From: Cuniculiplasma divulgatum
GTDB lineage: Archaea > Thermoplasmatota > Thermoplasmata > Thermoplasmatales > Thermoplasmataceae
Assembly (NCBI RefSeq): GCF_900083515.1
Contig: NZ_LT671858.1
Location: 1-32,000 of the forward strand
DNA length: 32,000 bases
Direction: 5' to 3'
How positions within the stretch are numbered: position 1 is the first letter of the stretch; every line of letters starts with the position of its first letter. The position numbers and the translations under genes are program-made. Below, piece by piece: positions 18,650-26,129 of this stretch. Under the pieces are notes generated by a model. The model was not told where the DNA came from. It did not search any database and saw only the letters and a program-made list of their open reading frames with translations.

Positions 18650-19405
18650 TTATATTGTTATGACTTCAAGACCTAATTGATCTGCAACTTCCCTTATCAT
18701 AGTCAAGCCTGCAGACTTTATCCCTTTCTTATCAACCAGGAAACCCTTACATTTATCAGTTTTCTCAACTGCCATCAGGATTTCATCCTTTCCGATCTCA
18801 TCCATTCTGAACTTGGAAATAATATGGCCAACATTGACATTCTCCTTCAGAACATATGAGGAAAATTTTGGAGCGTAATGCCCTCCACCGGCACCAACAT
18901 AGTTCGGATAATTCTTCGGTGTGGCATCTCTCACTCCCAGAAACAGAGTCCTAAGTGCATCGACGTCTTTCCAATTTTCTGGCTCAGTGCCTATCTCTGC
19001 AAATATCAGTCTATTATTGGACTCTGGACCATGATGAGTTGCCTCAAAGGTCACCTGATACTTTTCTCCACTGTAAACATCGCACATTTTTCTAAGTATT
19101 GCAGTCTGTATTTCGGGTGCACATCTTGCAATGTTCCTTTCTCTTCCACCAATATCATTAGTTGAGAAGTTCCCTACAGGATGTACTGTAATGGAGTTCA
19201 CCTTTGCCTTGGAAGAATGTCTGCTAAGAAAAATAATAACCCTGTCTTCATTATCTATAAGCTTTTCTGGAAATTCTAACAGTGGTAGTCTGCCTTCAGT
19301 TAGTATATATTTTCCAAGTCCGGGACCATTAGAAATGAAGTAGTTATAAATACTGAAACTGGCATCATCGCTTTTCGTTGCAATAAACACAGGATCGTAT
19401 TCCAT
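18650..19405 (-). CDS. dtdA: D-aminoacyl-tRNA deacylase, archaeal type (DTD2)
   Basis: 251 aa. FEATHHGP motif characteristic of the archaeal tRNA_deacylase family. SD-like GGTGGAG 7-13 nt upstream. The ATG overlaps the upstream stop by 1 nt (TAATG). Confidence 0.8.
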   Translation of the reverse strand: MEYDPVFIATKSDDASFSIYNYFISNGPGLGKYILTEGRLPLLEFPEKLIDNEDRVIIFLSRHSSKAKVNSITVHPVGNFSTNDIGGRERNIARCAPEIQTAILRKMCDVYSGEKYQVTFEATHHGPESNNRLIFAEIGTEPENWKDVDALRTLFLGVRDATPKNYPNYVGAGGGHYAPKFSSYVLKENVNVGHIISKFRMDEIGKDEILMAVEKTDKCKGFLVDKKGIKSAGLTMIREVADQLGLEVITI

Positions 19406-19836
19406 TATCTCTCCACCAGATCGTGATACAAATTCTCGCTTCTTATTCTGAGTCTTTCAATGTTGCTTGCGTAATTTTCAAGATAATCCTTTCCCTCTTC
19501 ATATTTTCTTATGGTTCCAAGGACAATGTCATGCTCCCTTCCAAGTGTGCTTGAAATGAAGAGCAATACACTCTGAATGCTCTCAGGATCTGGTGCTTCT
19601 ACTTTCCTGTGGTTATATATCCTGATATCTGGTTCCCTTTCGAGTTTCTCAAGAGTTTTCTTCTTTTTAAGTGCCTCATTCATGAGGTTCAAATTGGCTA
19701 TAAAATAATCAACAATCATCGAGATATTATTGTGAAATGTCTCATCCCTAATATCCTTAAGCTGCTCCTGAATTTTTAAGTTACTTTTTGTAATTTCATC
19801 AATTAACTCATCTTCCTTACCCATGCTCACTCCCAT
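19405..19836 (-). CDS. Hypothetical charged, predicted helical/coiled-coil protein
   Basis: 143-aa ORF rich in K/E/L heptad-like segments. Translationally coupled to dtdA. The alternative ATG at 19824 gives MGKEDE. Confidence 0.55.
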   Translation of the reverse strand: MGVSMGKEDELIDEITKSNLKIQEQLKDIRDETFHNNISMIVDYFIANLNLMNEALKKKKTLEKLEREPDIRIYNHRKVEAPDPESIQSVLLFISSTLGREHDIVLGTIRKYEEGKDYLENYASNIERLRIRSENLYHDLVER

Positions 19837-19852
19837 ACCTAATATGGAAAGT

Positions 19853-19863
19853 GTTTTAAAAAC
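19853..19863. promoter_or_regulatory. Near-palindromic shared TATA element between valS and the 143-aa/dtdA operon
   Basis: gttttaaaaac lies in a 45-bp divergent spacer, 24.5 nt from valS ATG 19882 and 21.5 nt from minus-strand ATG 19836. Confidence 0.4.
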
Positions 19864-19881
19864 TTTTGAGATAACAAGCCA

Positions 19882-22227
19882 ATGGACTTTGACATTCCAG
19901 AAATGGAAAAAGAGATACTGAAAAAATGGGAAAAATCCGATCTCTCTAAACTGAACGAGGATGCAATTAAGGATGGAAAAATATACTCAATAGACACACC
20001 TCCACCCACAGTTTCAGGGGAAATCCATATAGGACATGCATATTCATACCCGCATCAGGATATAGCGGCAAGGTTTAGAAGAATGATGGGTTATTATGTT
20101 TTTTACCCGTCTGGTTTTGATAATAATGGGTTGGCAACGGAGAGATTTGTCGAAAAAACTCTGAAGCTCAGCCTCAACAACATCCCTGTAAAGGATGCAA
20201 TAGAGAAGTGCGAAACGGTATCTGGAGAAGCAATAGCGGAAATGAAGAAATCATTCATCAGGCTTGGTCTATCACAGAACTTTGAAAATTCATATATTAC
20301 TTACTCTAAGGGATCCTGGAAGATTTCACAGGGCTTCTTTCTTGATCTGTTCAAAAAAGGAATAGCATACAGGAGTGAGGGAATGACCATAAGCTGCCCA
20401 ACTTGCAGGACTGCAATTTCACAGATTGAAATGGAAGACAGTGAAAGGGAAACAGATTTCGTTTATATAGACTTCAGGTCAGATGATGGCGCAGTTATCC
20501 AGATAGCCACAACAAGACCTGAAATGCTTGCAGCTTGTGTGGCTATTGCACTGAATCCGGAGGACGAGAGGGCAAAAAAATTCTCAGGAAAGAAATTCAG
20601 GGTACCTCTATACAGGCAGGAAGTTGAAATTATAACAGATCCGCGAGTTCTGACGGATAAGGGCACGGGTGCTGAAATGGTATGCACCTTTGGGGATCAG
20701 ACAGATTACGAAATATGGAAAGATCATTCCCTGAAACTTATAAGATTACTTGATGAAAGGGGATTCATAAGAGATGGTGGCCTCCTTGAAGGTCTTAAGG
20801 TAGAAGAGGGAAGAAAAAAGATAAAGAATCTTCTGAAGGAGTCAGGAGATCTTAAGTCCATAGAGAGAATAAAACATTCTGTCAATACCCATGAAAGATG
20901 TGGAACTCCAATTGAGATCGGCGTGAGCAAACAGTGGTATCTCAGGTATCTTGACATGAAGGACGATCTTATACAGCAGGGAAGAAAGATAAAATGGACA
21001 CCCGATTTTATGAGAATACGTTATGAAAACTGGGTAAATGGCCTGAAATGGGACTGGTGCATATCGAGGCAGAGGATAATGGGAATATCAATTCCAGTCT
21101 GGTACTGCAACAGTTGTGGTGAGGTCATTCTTCCAGAAAAAAGTGAGTTGCCAGTAGACCCAAGGTTTGATGAGAAGAAAAAATGTCCTAAATGTTCATC
21201 TAATGATGTGACTCCAGAAACAGATGTTCTGGATACATGGTTTACATCATCAACATCGCCTACAATTTCTCTTAGAGATTCTTCCATAGAAAATAACGGA
21301 ATTCCGATGAGTGCAAGATTTCAGGGGCATGATATCATTACAACATGGGCATTCACCACGATTTACAGATACATGGTTCATTTCCAAAAGATACCATGGG
21401 ATAATATCATAATAAGTGGGAACGTCTTTGATTCCAAGGGTCAAAAAATGAGTAAGAGCAAGGGAAACGTGGTCTATCCAATGGAACTTGTTGACAAGTA
21501 TGGAGCTGATGGGGTTCGGTTATGGGGTTCTTCCTCGTCAACCTGGGACGACATTTCACTAAAGGAACAGGAGCTCACAAGGGGAAGAAGAACCATAATA
21601 AAGATATACAACGCAATAAGTCTTATCAGTGCACTACCAGATAAGAGAAAAATAGAAATAAAGCTGCCATTCAACAGATGGATTGCACAGGAGTTAAATA
21701 GAACCATTAAAAAGGCAGAAGAACTATACTCAACCAATGACTTTGCCAAAGCTAGGACAGAGATTGATAACTTCTTTTGGACAATGTTCTGCGATAATTA
21801 TCTTGAGATAATCAAGTCCTTTGTATCAAGGGGTTCAGAAGAGGAAAAAGATGAAATTGCATATGTTGCAAGAGAAGTTGCACTGGATATTATGAAGCTT
21901 TATGCACCTATTGCCCCATTCATCACAGATAAGGCATATGAAATGCTGGGCATGGAAGGATCAATTCATGAACAGAAGTGGCCTGAAGCACTGGAAGATT
22001 ATGAAAAAGATGCAGAAATATTCAGCAATGTAATATCAGTAATCTCTGGGATTAGAACAGAAAGAAGTAAGCTAAAATCGGGAAAACAGGCATATAAAGG
22101 ATTTATTATTTCCACACCTGTGGATTTGAAAGAATTCGATAAAAGGGTGATCAAGGAGACACTGAGGGAGGAAAATCTTGTATTCAGGAAAGATAGGGCA
22201 ATTAAAATTGAATCAATAGTTGAATAG
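19882..22227 (+). CDS. valS: Valyl-tRNA synthetase
   Basis: 781 aa class-I aaRS. PPPTVSGEIHIGHAYSY (HIGH), KMSKSKGN (KMSKS), TTRPEML, DWCISRQR. The size fits archaeal ValRS rather than IleRS or LeuRS. Confidence 0.87.
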   Translation: MDFDIPEMEKEILKKWEKSDLSKLNEDAIKDGKIYSIDTPPPTVSGEIHIGHAYSYPHQDIAARFRRMMGYYVFYPSGFDNNGLATERFVEKTLKLSLNNIPVKDAIEKCETVSGEAIAEMKKSFIRLGLSQNFENSYITYSKGSWKISQGFFLDLFKKGIAYRSEGMTISCPTCRTAISQIEMEDSERETDFVYIDFRSDDGAVIQIATTRPEMLAACVAIALNPEDERAKKFSGKKFRVPLYRQEVEIITDPRVLTDKGTGAEMVCTFGDQTDYEIWKDHSLKLIRLLDERGFIRDGGLLEGLKVEEGRKKIKNLLKESGDLKSIERIKHSVNTHERCGTPIEIGVSKQWYLRYLDMKDDLIQQGRKIKWTPDFMRIRYENWVNGLKWDWCISRQRIMGISIPVWYCNSCGEVILPEKSELPVDPRFDEKKKCPKCSSNDVTPETDVLDTWFTSSTSPTISLRDSSIENNGIPMSARFQGHDIITTWAFTTIYRYMVHFQKIPWDNIIISGNVFDSKGQKMSKSKGNVVYPMELVDKYGADGVRLWGSSSSTWDDISLKEQELTRGRRTIIKIYNAISLISALPDKRKIEIKLPFNRWIAQELNRTIKKAEELYSTNDFAKARTEIDNFFWTMFCDNYLEIIKSFVSRGSEEEKDEIAYVAREVALDIMKLYAPIAPFITDKAYEMLGMEGSIHEQKWPEALEDYEKDAEIFSNVISVISGIRTERSKLKSGKQAYKGFIISTPVDLKEFDKRVIKETLREENLVFRKDRAIKIESIVE

Positions 22228-22284
22228 GTTCATACATCGGCGTAAATTAAAATACATTGGATAACATGATAGGAAAGGCTTGAA

Positions 22285-22788
22285 ATGTATCTCACACCTG
22301 AAAGAGCAGTAAAAATAGGAATGATACTGGTAGTTGCATCAATTTTAATACTGGGTTATTCTGCCTTTGGATTTTACACGTCATCCTCAGCCACAAAGGA
22401 TACAGTTATTGCTGGTGGTTCCGAAAAATCTATGGATATAAACGTAACGTCAGGATTACTTCTGACATATACGATCACAGCAAATTCTACTGGGAACTTC
22501 AGGGCATGGTTCAGTGAACCATCAGGCAATACTGTTGTGGAATCAAACTTCACAGGATCGGGCATTTCAAAATCCATAGTGGCACCTGTTTCAGGACAGT
22601 GGGTTTTTCACGTGGAAAATCTGGAAAAAAATAGCTCTGCCCTGAAAATACATCTCGGACAGATTTCATATTACCTTGAAGCGGGATTATACTTTGGCAT
22701 TACTGTTCTTATTTTGGGCATAGTTTTCATTCTCTATTTCTTCAATGTACAGAAGAGAGAAACCATAAGAAAGAGTAAGCGGTTTTAA
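22285..22788 (+). CDS. Hypothetical bitopic surface protein (N-terminal TM/signal + C-terminal TM anchor)
   Basis: 167 aa. Hydrophobic segments at both ends, a central beta-rich region with N-x-S/T sequons, and a basic C-terminal tail. Confidence 0.55.
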   Translation: MYLTPERAVKIGMILVVASILILGYSAFGFYTSSSATKDTVIAGGSEKSMDINVTSGLLLTYTITANSTGNFRAWFSEPSGNTVVESNFTGSGISKSIVAPVSGQWVFHVENLEKNSSALKIHLGQISYYLEAGLYFGITVLILGIVFILYFFNVQKRETIRKSKRF

Positions 22789-22795
22789 AAATCTG

Positions 22796-22801
22796 TTTTT
22801 T
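22796..22801 (+). terminator. Oligo-T tract downstream of the 167-aa membrane protein gene
   Basis: A T6 run lies 8 nt after stop 22786-22788. Confidence 0.35.
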
Positions 22802-22838
22802 ATGTAAATATTTAAGTTTTAATATTTCACCAATTCTT

Positions 22839-23828
22839 CTAACCTATATATATGTGGAAATGGGTGTGGAATATAAATCCTATTGTGTAGGTGATTGCCG
22901 CGGCTAGCAGTGACAAAATGGCTGCCCTGCTTGAGGATTTCAATATAGAGATGTTCAGTGCTATTGCTATAATGGAATTGCTTACTGCCTGAACTGCAGC
23001 CACAAGTATAACGGCAATGATCAGTGAAAGTATGCCAAGAGGAAAGAGGAAAGGAATTATTGGAAAAGCAGCTCCTGCTATATAGGAAAGACCGGTTGTT
23101 CCCGCTGAAACCTTTGTACGGTTCTCTTCATTTTCAATTTCAGTCTTCATCTTATGAGTGCTAGTGTTTGTAATGAGACTTTCCCTTTTAATATTCCTTA
23201 TCCTGTACTCAATTTCGGAGGATTTTGAAAGATATGCTCCAAGGGTCATGCTTATGGTTCCACCGACTCCTATAACAAGTCCACTCATCGCAATTATGAA
23301 ATTGTTACTTATAATTGCAGTTAATCCTGCGATTGCCGCCAGAACCTCAACGAGTCCATCACTCATACCATATATGAAAGCCTGTATTCTATCAAGATAG
23401 GCTTCCCTGTTAATCCCCATCTGTTCAAAGACGTTTTCATGACCTATCTCATCATTTATAATAGATTTTAATGCATTTACTTCATCGGTATCCTTCATAT
23501 TCTTTAAAAAATCCCTGTATTTTCTAATACTTTCAACCTCTCCTCTTTCCAGAAGATTGACAGTCAGGTTATTACCCAAGATTCTGGTAAGGAATAGGAG
23601 AAAGAAAATCTTCACACCTCTAGGCTTGATCTCATTTTTTTCAGAGCCTAACTTTATGAGTCTTTTCATCCAGAACTCAGAATGGGACTCCTCCATTTCA
23701 GCGAGATAATCAAGTTTCTCTTTTAAAACTTTATTTCGGGATCTTTTGGCAAGTTTTCTATAGAACTCTCTGTCTGTGATCTCATCTCTATAGAATTCTG
23801 AAACCAGTTTCTCTTCTTCTCCCATCAT
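22839..23828 (-). CDS. VIT1/CCC1-family iron transporter with N-terminal ferritin-like (erythrin) domain
   Basis: 329 aa. Two ExxH di-iron motifs (EMEESH, NDEIGHE) in the N-terminal helical domain. VIT1 signature FIYGMSDGLVEVLAAIAGL followed by TM helices. Confidence 0.8.
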   Translation of the reverse strand: MMGEEEKLVSEFYRDEITDREFYRKLAKRSRNKVLKEKLDYLAEMEESHSEFWMKRLIKLGSEKNEIKPRGVKIFFLLFLTRILGNNLTVNLLERGEVESIRKYRDFLKNMKDTDEVNALKSIINDEIGHENVFEQMGINREAYLDRIQAFIYGMSDGLVEVLAAIAGLTAIISNNFIIAMSGLVIGVGGTISMTLGAYLSKSSEIEYRIRNIKRESLITNTSTHKMKTEIENEENRTKVSAGTTGLSYIAGAAFPIIPFLFPLGILSLIIAVILVAAVQAVSNSIIAIALNISILKSSSRAAILSLLAAAITYTIGFIFHTHFHIYIG

Positions 23829-23989
23829 TCAGGTAGGATTGTACATGAATATTAATAATTTTATATTGCATGAAAATAAAATAAGGATTTCCTTACATTT
23901 TACACAATTGTCACACTATATGTTATATTTAATATTCTGATATAACTCAACAGGGCAAATCCTCCTTAGAATAAGAATAATTTTTATAT

Positions 23990-24018
23990 ATGTTACGAAA
24001 TACGTAACATTATTTCGT
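23990..24018. promoter_or_regulatory. Nested inverted repeats (candidate operator) in the VIT1 / aminotransferase divergent spacer
   Basis: ATGTTACG-aaata-CGTAACAT (23990-24010) overlaps ACGAAATA-cgtaacat-TATTTCGT (23995-24018). Confidence 0.3.
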
Positions 24019-24033
24019 TTTTCATTCAATAAG

Positions 24034-24044
24034 CTATATATTTT
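24034..24044 (+). promoter_or_regulatory. TATA-like box of the aminotransferase gene (short leader with SD AGGTGA at 24063-24068)
   Basis: ctatatatttt lies about 34 nt upstream of the ATG. AGGTGA, 4 nt before the ATG, matches the archaeal anti-SD. Confidence 0.4.
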
Positions 24045-24072
24045 CAATTGACATCTATTTTCAGGTGAAATT

Positions 24073-25431
24073 ATGCAAACAAATGAAAACGATTTCGAGA
24101 TGAAAGTGAATATAAAGGTAGTGCCGCCAGGACCAAAGGGTAAGAAAATAGTTGAAGAAGATACTGAATATCTGGCAACAAGTTCCAAGTCACTTCCTAT
24201 AGTGGCCAAGAGAGGAAGGGGGGTTTATATACAGGACGTAGATGAGAATGTATATATTGACTTCGCAGCAGGTATTGGAGTCAACAACATGGGGCATATT
24301 CATCCCTATATTACCGAAAAAGTTCAGGAACAGCTGTTTAAGCTCTGGCATTTTGCAGGAACTGACTTTTATTATCAGGAACAGGTAGATGCAGCAAAGG
24401 CAATATCCAGCGTGACACCAGGTAAGTTCAAGAAGAAGGTCTTTTTCACAAACAGTGGAACAGAAAGCGTTGAGGCAGCAATCAAATTTGCCAAGGTTGC
24501 AACAAGAAAACAGGAGTTCATCTCATTCATAGGAGCATTTCACGGAAGATCACAGGGTTCACTTTCCATGACCGCTTCAAAGGGAATCCAGAAAAAGTAT
24601 CTTTTCCCATCAATGCCAGGAGTTGAACATGTTCCATTTCCTAACCCATACAGGAACATTTTTGGAATAGACGGATATGAACATCCTCAAGAACTCACCA
24701 ACGCAGCACTGGATTTCATAGAGAAATACACGCTGAAAATGTACATGCCTCCAGAAAACGTTGCTGCATTTGTAGTTGAACCAATACAGGGAGAAGGCGG
24801 CTATATCGTTCCACCAATGGATTTCCACAAGAAACTCAGGAAACTGGCAGATGACAACAACATGCTAGTTGTAATGGATGAAGTTCAGGCAGGCTTTGGT
24901 AGAACAGGAAAATTCTTTGCCTCAGAACATTTTGGTGTTGAACCTCAGATCATTACACTGGCAAAGGCAATTGCAAACGGGCTTCCAATGGGAGCTGTGG
25001 TGGTAGATTCAAAGCTGGACTTCCCAGAACTCGGGCTTCACTCAAACACATATGGTGGAAACCTTCTCGCTTCAGTTGCAAGCAAGGCAACCATAGAGGC
25101 CATGAAGAAGGAAGGTGCAGTGGAAAATGCAGCCAAGAGAGGAAAGCATCTCAGGCAGAGACTGGAAGAACTAAAGGAAAGATATGATGTCATTGGAGAT
25201 GTAAGGGGTATTGGGCTCATGCAGGCAATCGACTTTGTAAAGGACAGAAGAACAAAGGAACCGGCCGTAAAGCTCAGAAACGATGTTGAGTATAAAGGCT
25301 TCCAGAATGGAATAATACTTCTCGGAACAGGAGAAAGTGCAATAAGGCTGATTCCACCTCTGATAATCACTGATGAGCAGATAGATGAGGGAGTTGAATG
25401 CCTTGAGAAGGCAATAAAGCAATCACTTTGA
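24073..25431 (+). CDS. Class-III PLP aminotransferase (4-aminobutyrate / acetylornithine aminotransferase family)
   Basis: 452 aa. FTNSGTESVEAA, DEVQAGFGRTGKFFA, and the PLP-lysine context ITLAKAIANG. SD AGGTGA at 24063-24068. Confidence 0.85.
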   Translation: MQTNENDFEMKVNIKVVPPGPKGKKIVEEDTEYLATSSKSLPIVAKRGRGVYIQDVDENVYIDFAAGIGVNNMGHIHPYITEKVQEQLFKLWHFAGTDFYYQEQVDAAKAISSVTPGKFKKKVFFTNSGTESVEAAIKFAKVATRKQEFISFIGAFHGRSQGSLSMTASKGIQKKYLFPSMPGVEHVPFPNPYRNIFGIDGYEHPQELTNAALDFIEKYTLKMYMPPENVAAFVVEPIQGEGGYIVPPMDFHKKLRKLADDNNMLVVMDEVQAGFGRTGKFFASEHFGVEPQIITLAKAIANGLPMGAVVVDSKLDFPELGLHSNTYGGNLLASVASKATIEAMKKEGAVENAAKRGKHLRQRLEELKERYDVIGDVRGIGLMQAIDFVKDRRTKEPAVKLRNDVEYKGFQNGIILLGTGESAIRLIPPLIITDEQIDEGVECLEKAIKQSL

Positions 25432-25947
25432 ATTGCTTTCCATTAAATATTTTAGCATATTACTCAGTGGGGCACCATCCTCCCACTTCATTACAAAATT
25501 TTCATTTCTGGTTATTTCAATTTGAGGAAGTATATTGTAAAGATTCCTGTATCTGCCCATGGGTTCTCCCGGGACTTTGAACATTCTCCAGGGATCGCCT
25601 TCTGTATTTTTTAGCCTGAAGGCGTAAATTAGAAATATGCCAGAATTAAGGCACTTCTTGGCCAGTCTCTCAGCCTGATCCTGATTTTTTCCAGAGGAGG
25701 AAGAAAAGGCGAGTACTGGATTCTGTGAACTCTTTACCTCAATTACCATAGACATGTCAAATCTAACAGCAATCAGATCAGCACCTTTTGAACCTGCTGC
25801 CCTGGTCACAAAAAAAGGGTATTTAATCAGATGTTCATATGCTTCCTTTGATAGGAAATCAAGTTTTTTAGACAACTTTCCAATAACTTTCTGGCTTCCT
25901 GACAGTATGGATACCAGTTCCCTTTCATAAATACTTCCATTCAACAC
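25423..25947 (-). CDS. hjc: Holliday junction resolvase Hjc-type nuclease (with N-terminal insertion)
   Basis: 174 aa. GSIYERELV .. FFVTRAAGSKGADLIAV .. VIEVKSS reproduces the Hjc E / D / ExK catalytic pattern. GTG start. Confidence 0.7.
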   Translation of the reverse strand: MLNGSIYERELVSILSGSQKVIGKLSKKLDFLSKEAYEHLIKYPFFVTRAAGSKGADLIAVRFDMSMVIEVKSSQNPVLAFSSSSGKNQDQAERLAKKCLNSGIFLIYAFRLKNTEGDPWRMFKVPGEPMGRYRNLYNILPQIEITRNENFVMKWEDGAPLSNMLKYLMESNSK

Positions 25948-26097
25948 GCGTTAATGTCTCATGCATATAGAAATTTTCTCTGCATAACAATGAAAGCGAG
26001 TAATAAAAGAGGTAATCTGACCTAAGAAGGTTTTTTGCACAACCTAAACTGTAATATGTTTTTATTCTCCAATTATTGCATTTTTAAAAGCCGCATA

Positions 26098-26108
26098 GTT
26101 TAAAATAA
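26098..26108 (+). promoter_or_regulatory. TATA-like box for acs
   Basis: tttaaaataaa is centred about 27 nt upstream of ATG 26130. Confidence 0.4.
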
Positions 26109-26129
26109 AGGATTTTTATCTATTGAATT

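Noticed and set aside
22266-22283. 5-codon uORF (MIGKA) upstream of the 167-aa membrane protein gene
   Set aside because: It is very short and has no accompanying structure. The same region is better read as an SD-like AGGAAAGG leader.
23916-24209. 97-aa minus-strand ORF spanning the VIT1/aminotransferase spacer
   Set aside because: It runs through the aminotransferase start, TATA box and the inverted repeats, and its composition is that of translated AT-rich non-coding DNA.
25038-25370. 110-aa and 83-aa minus-strand ORFs inside the aminotransferase gene, and similar ones at 27104-27585 inside acs
   Set aside because: They are antisense shadow ORFs with low-complexity translations and no independent signals.
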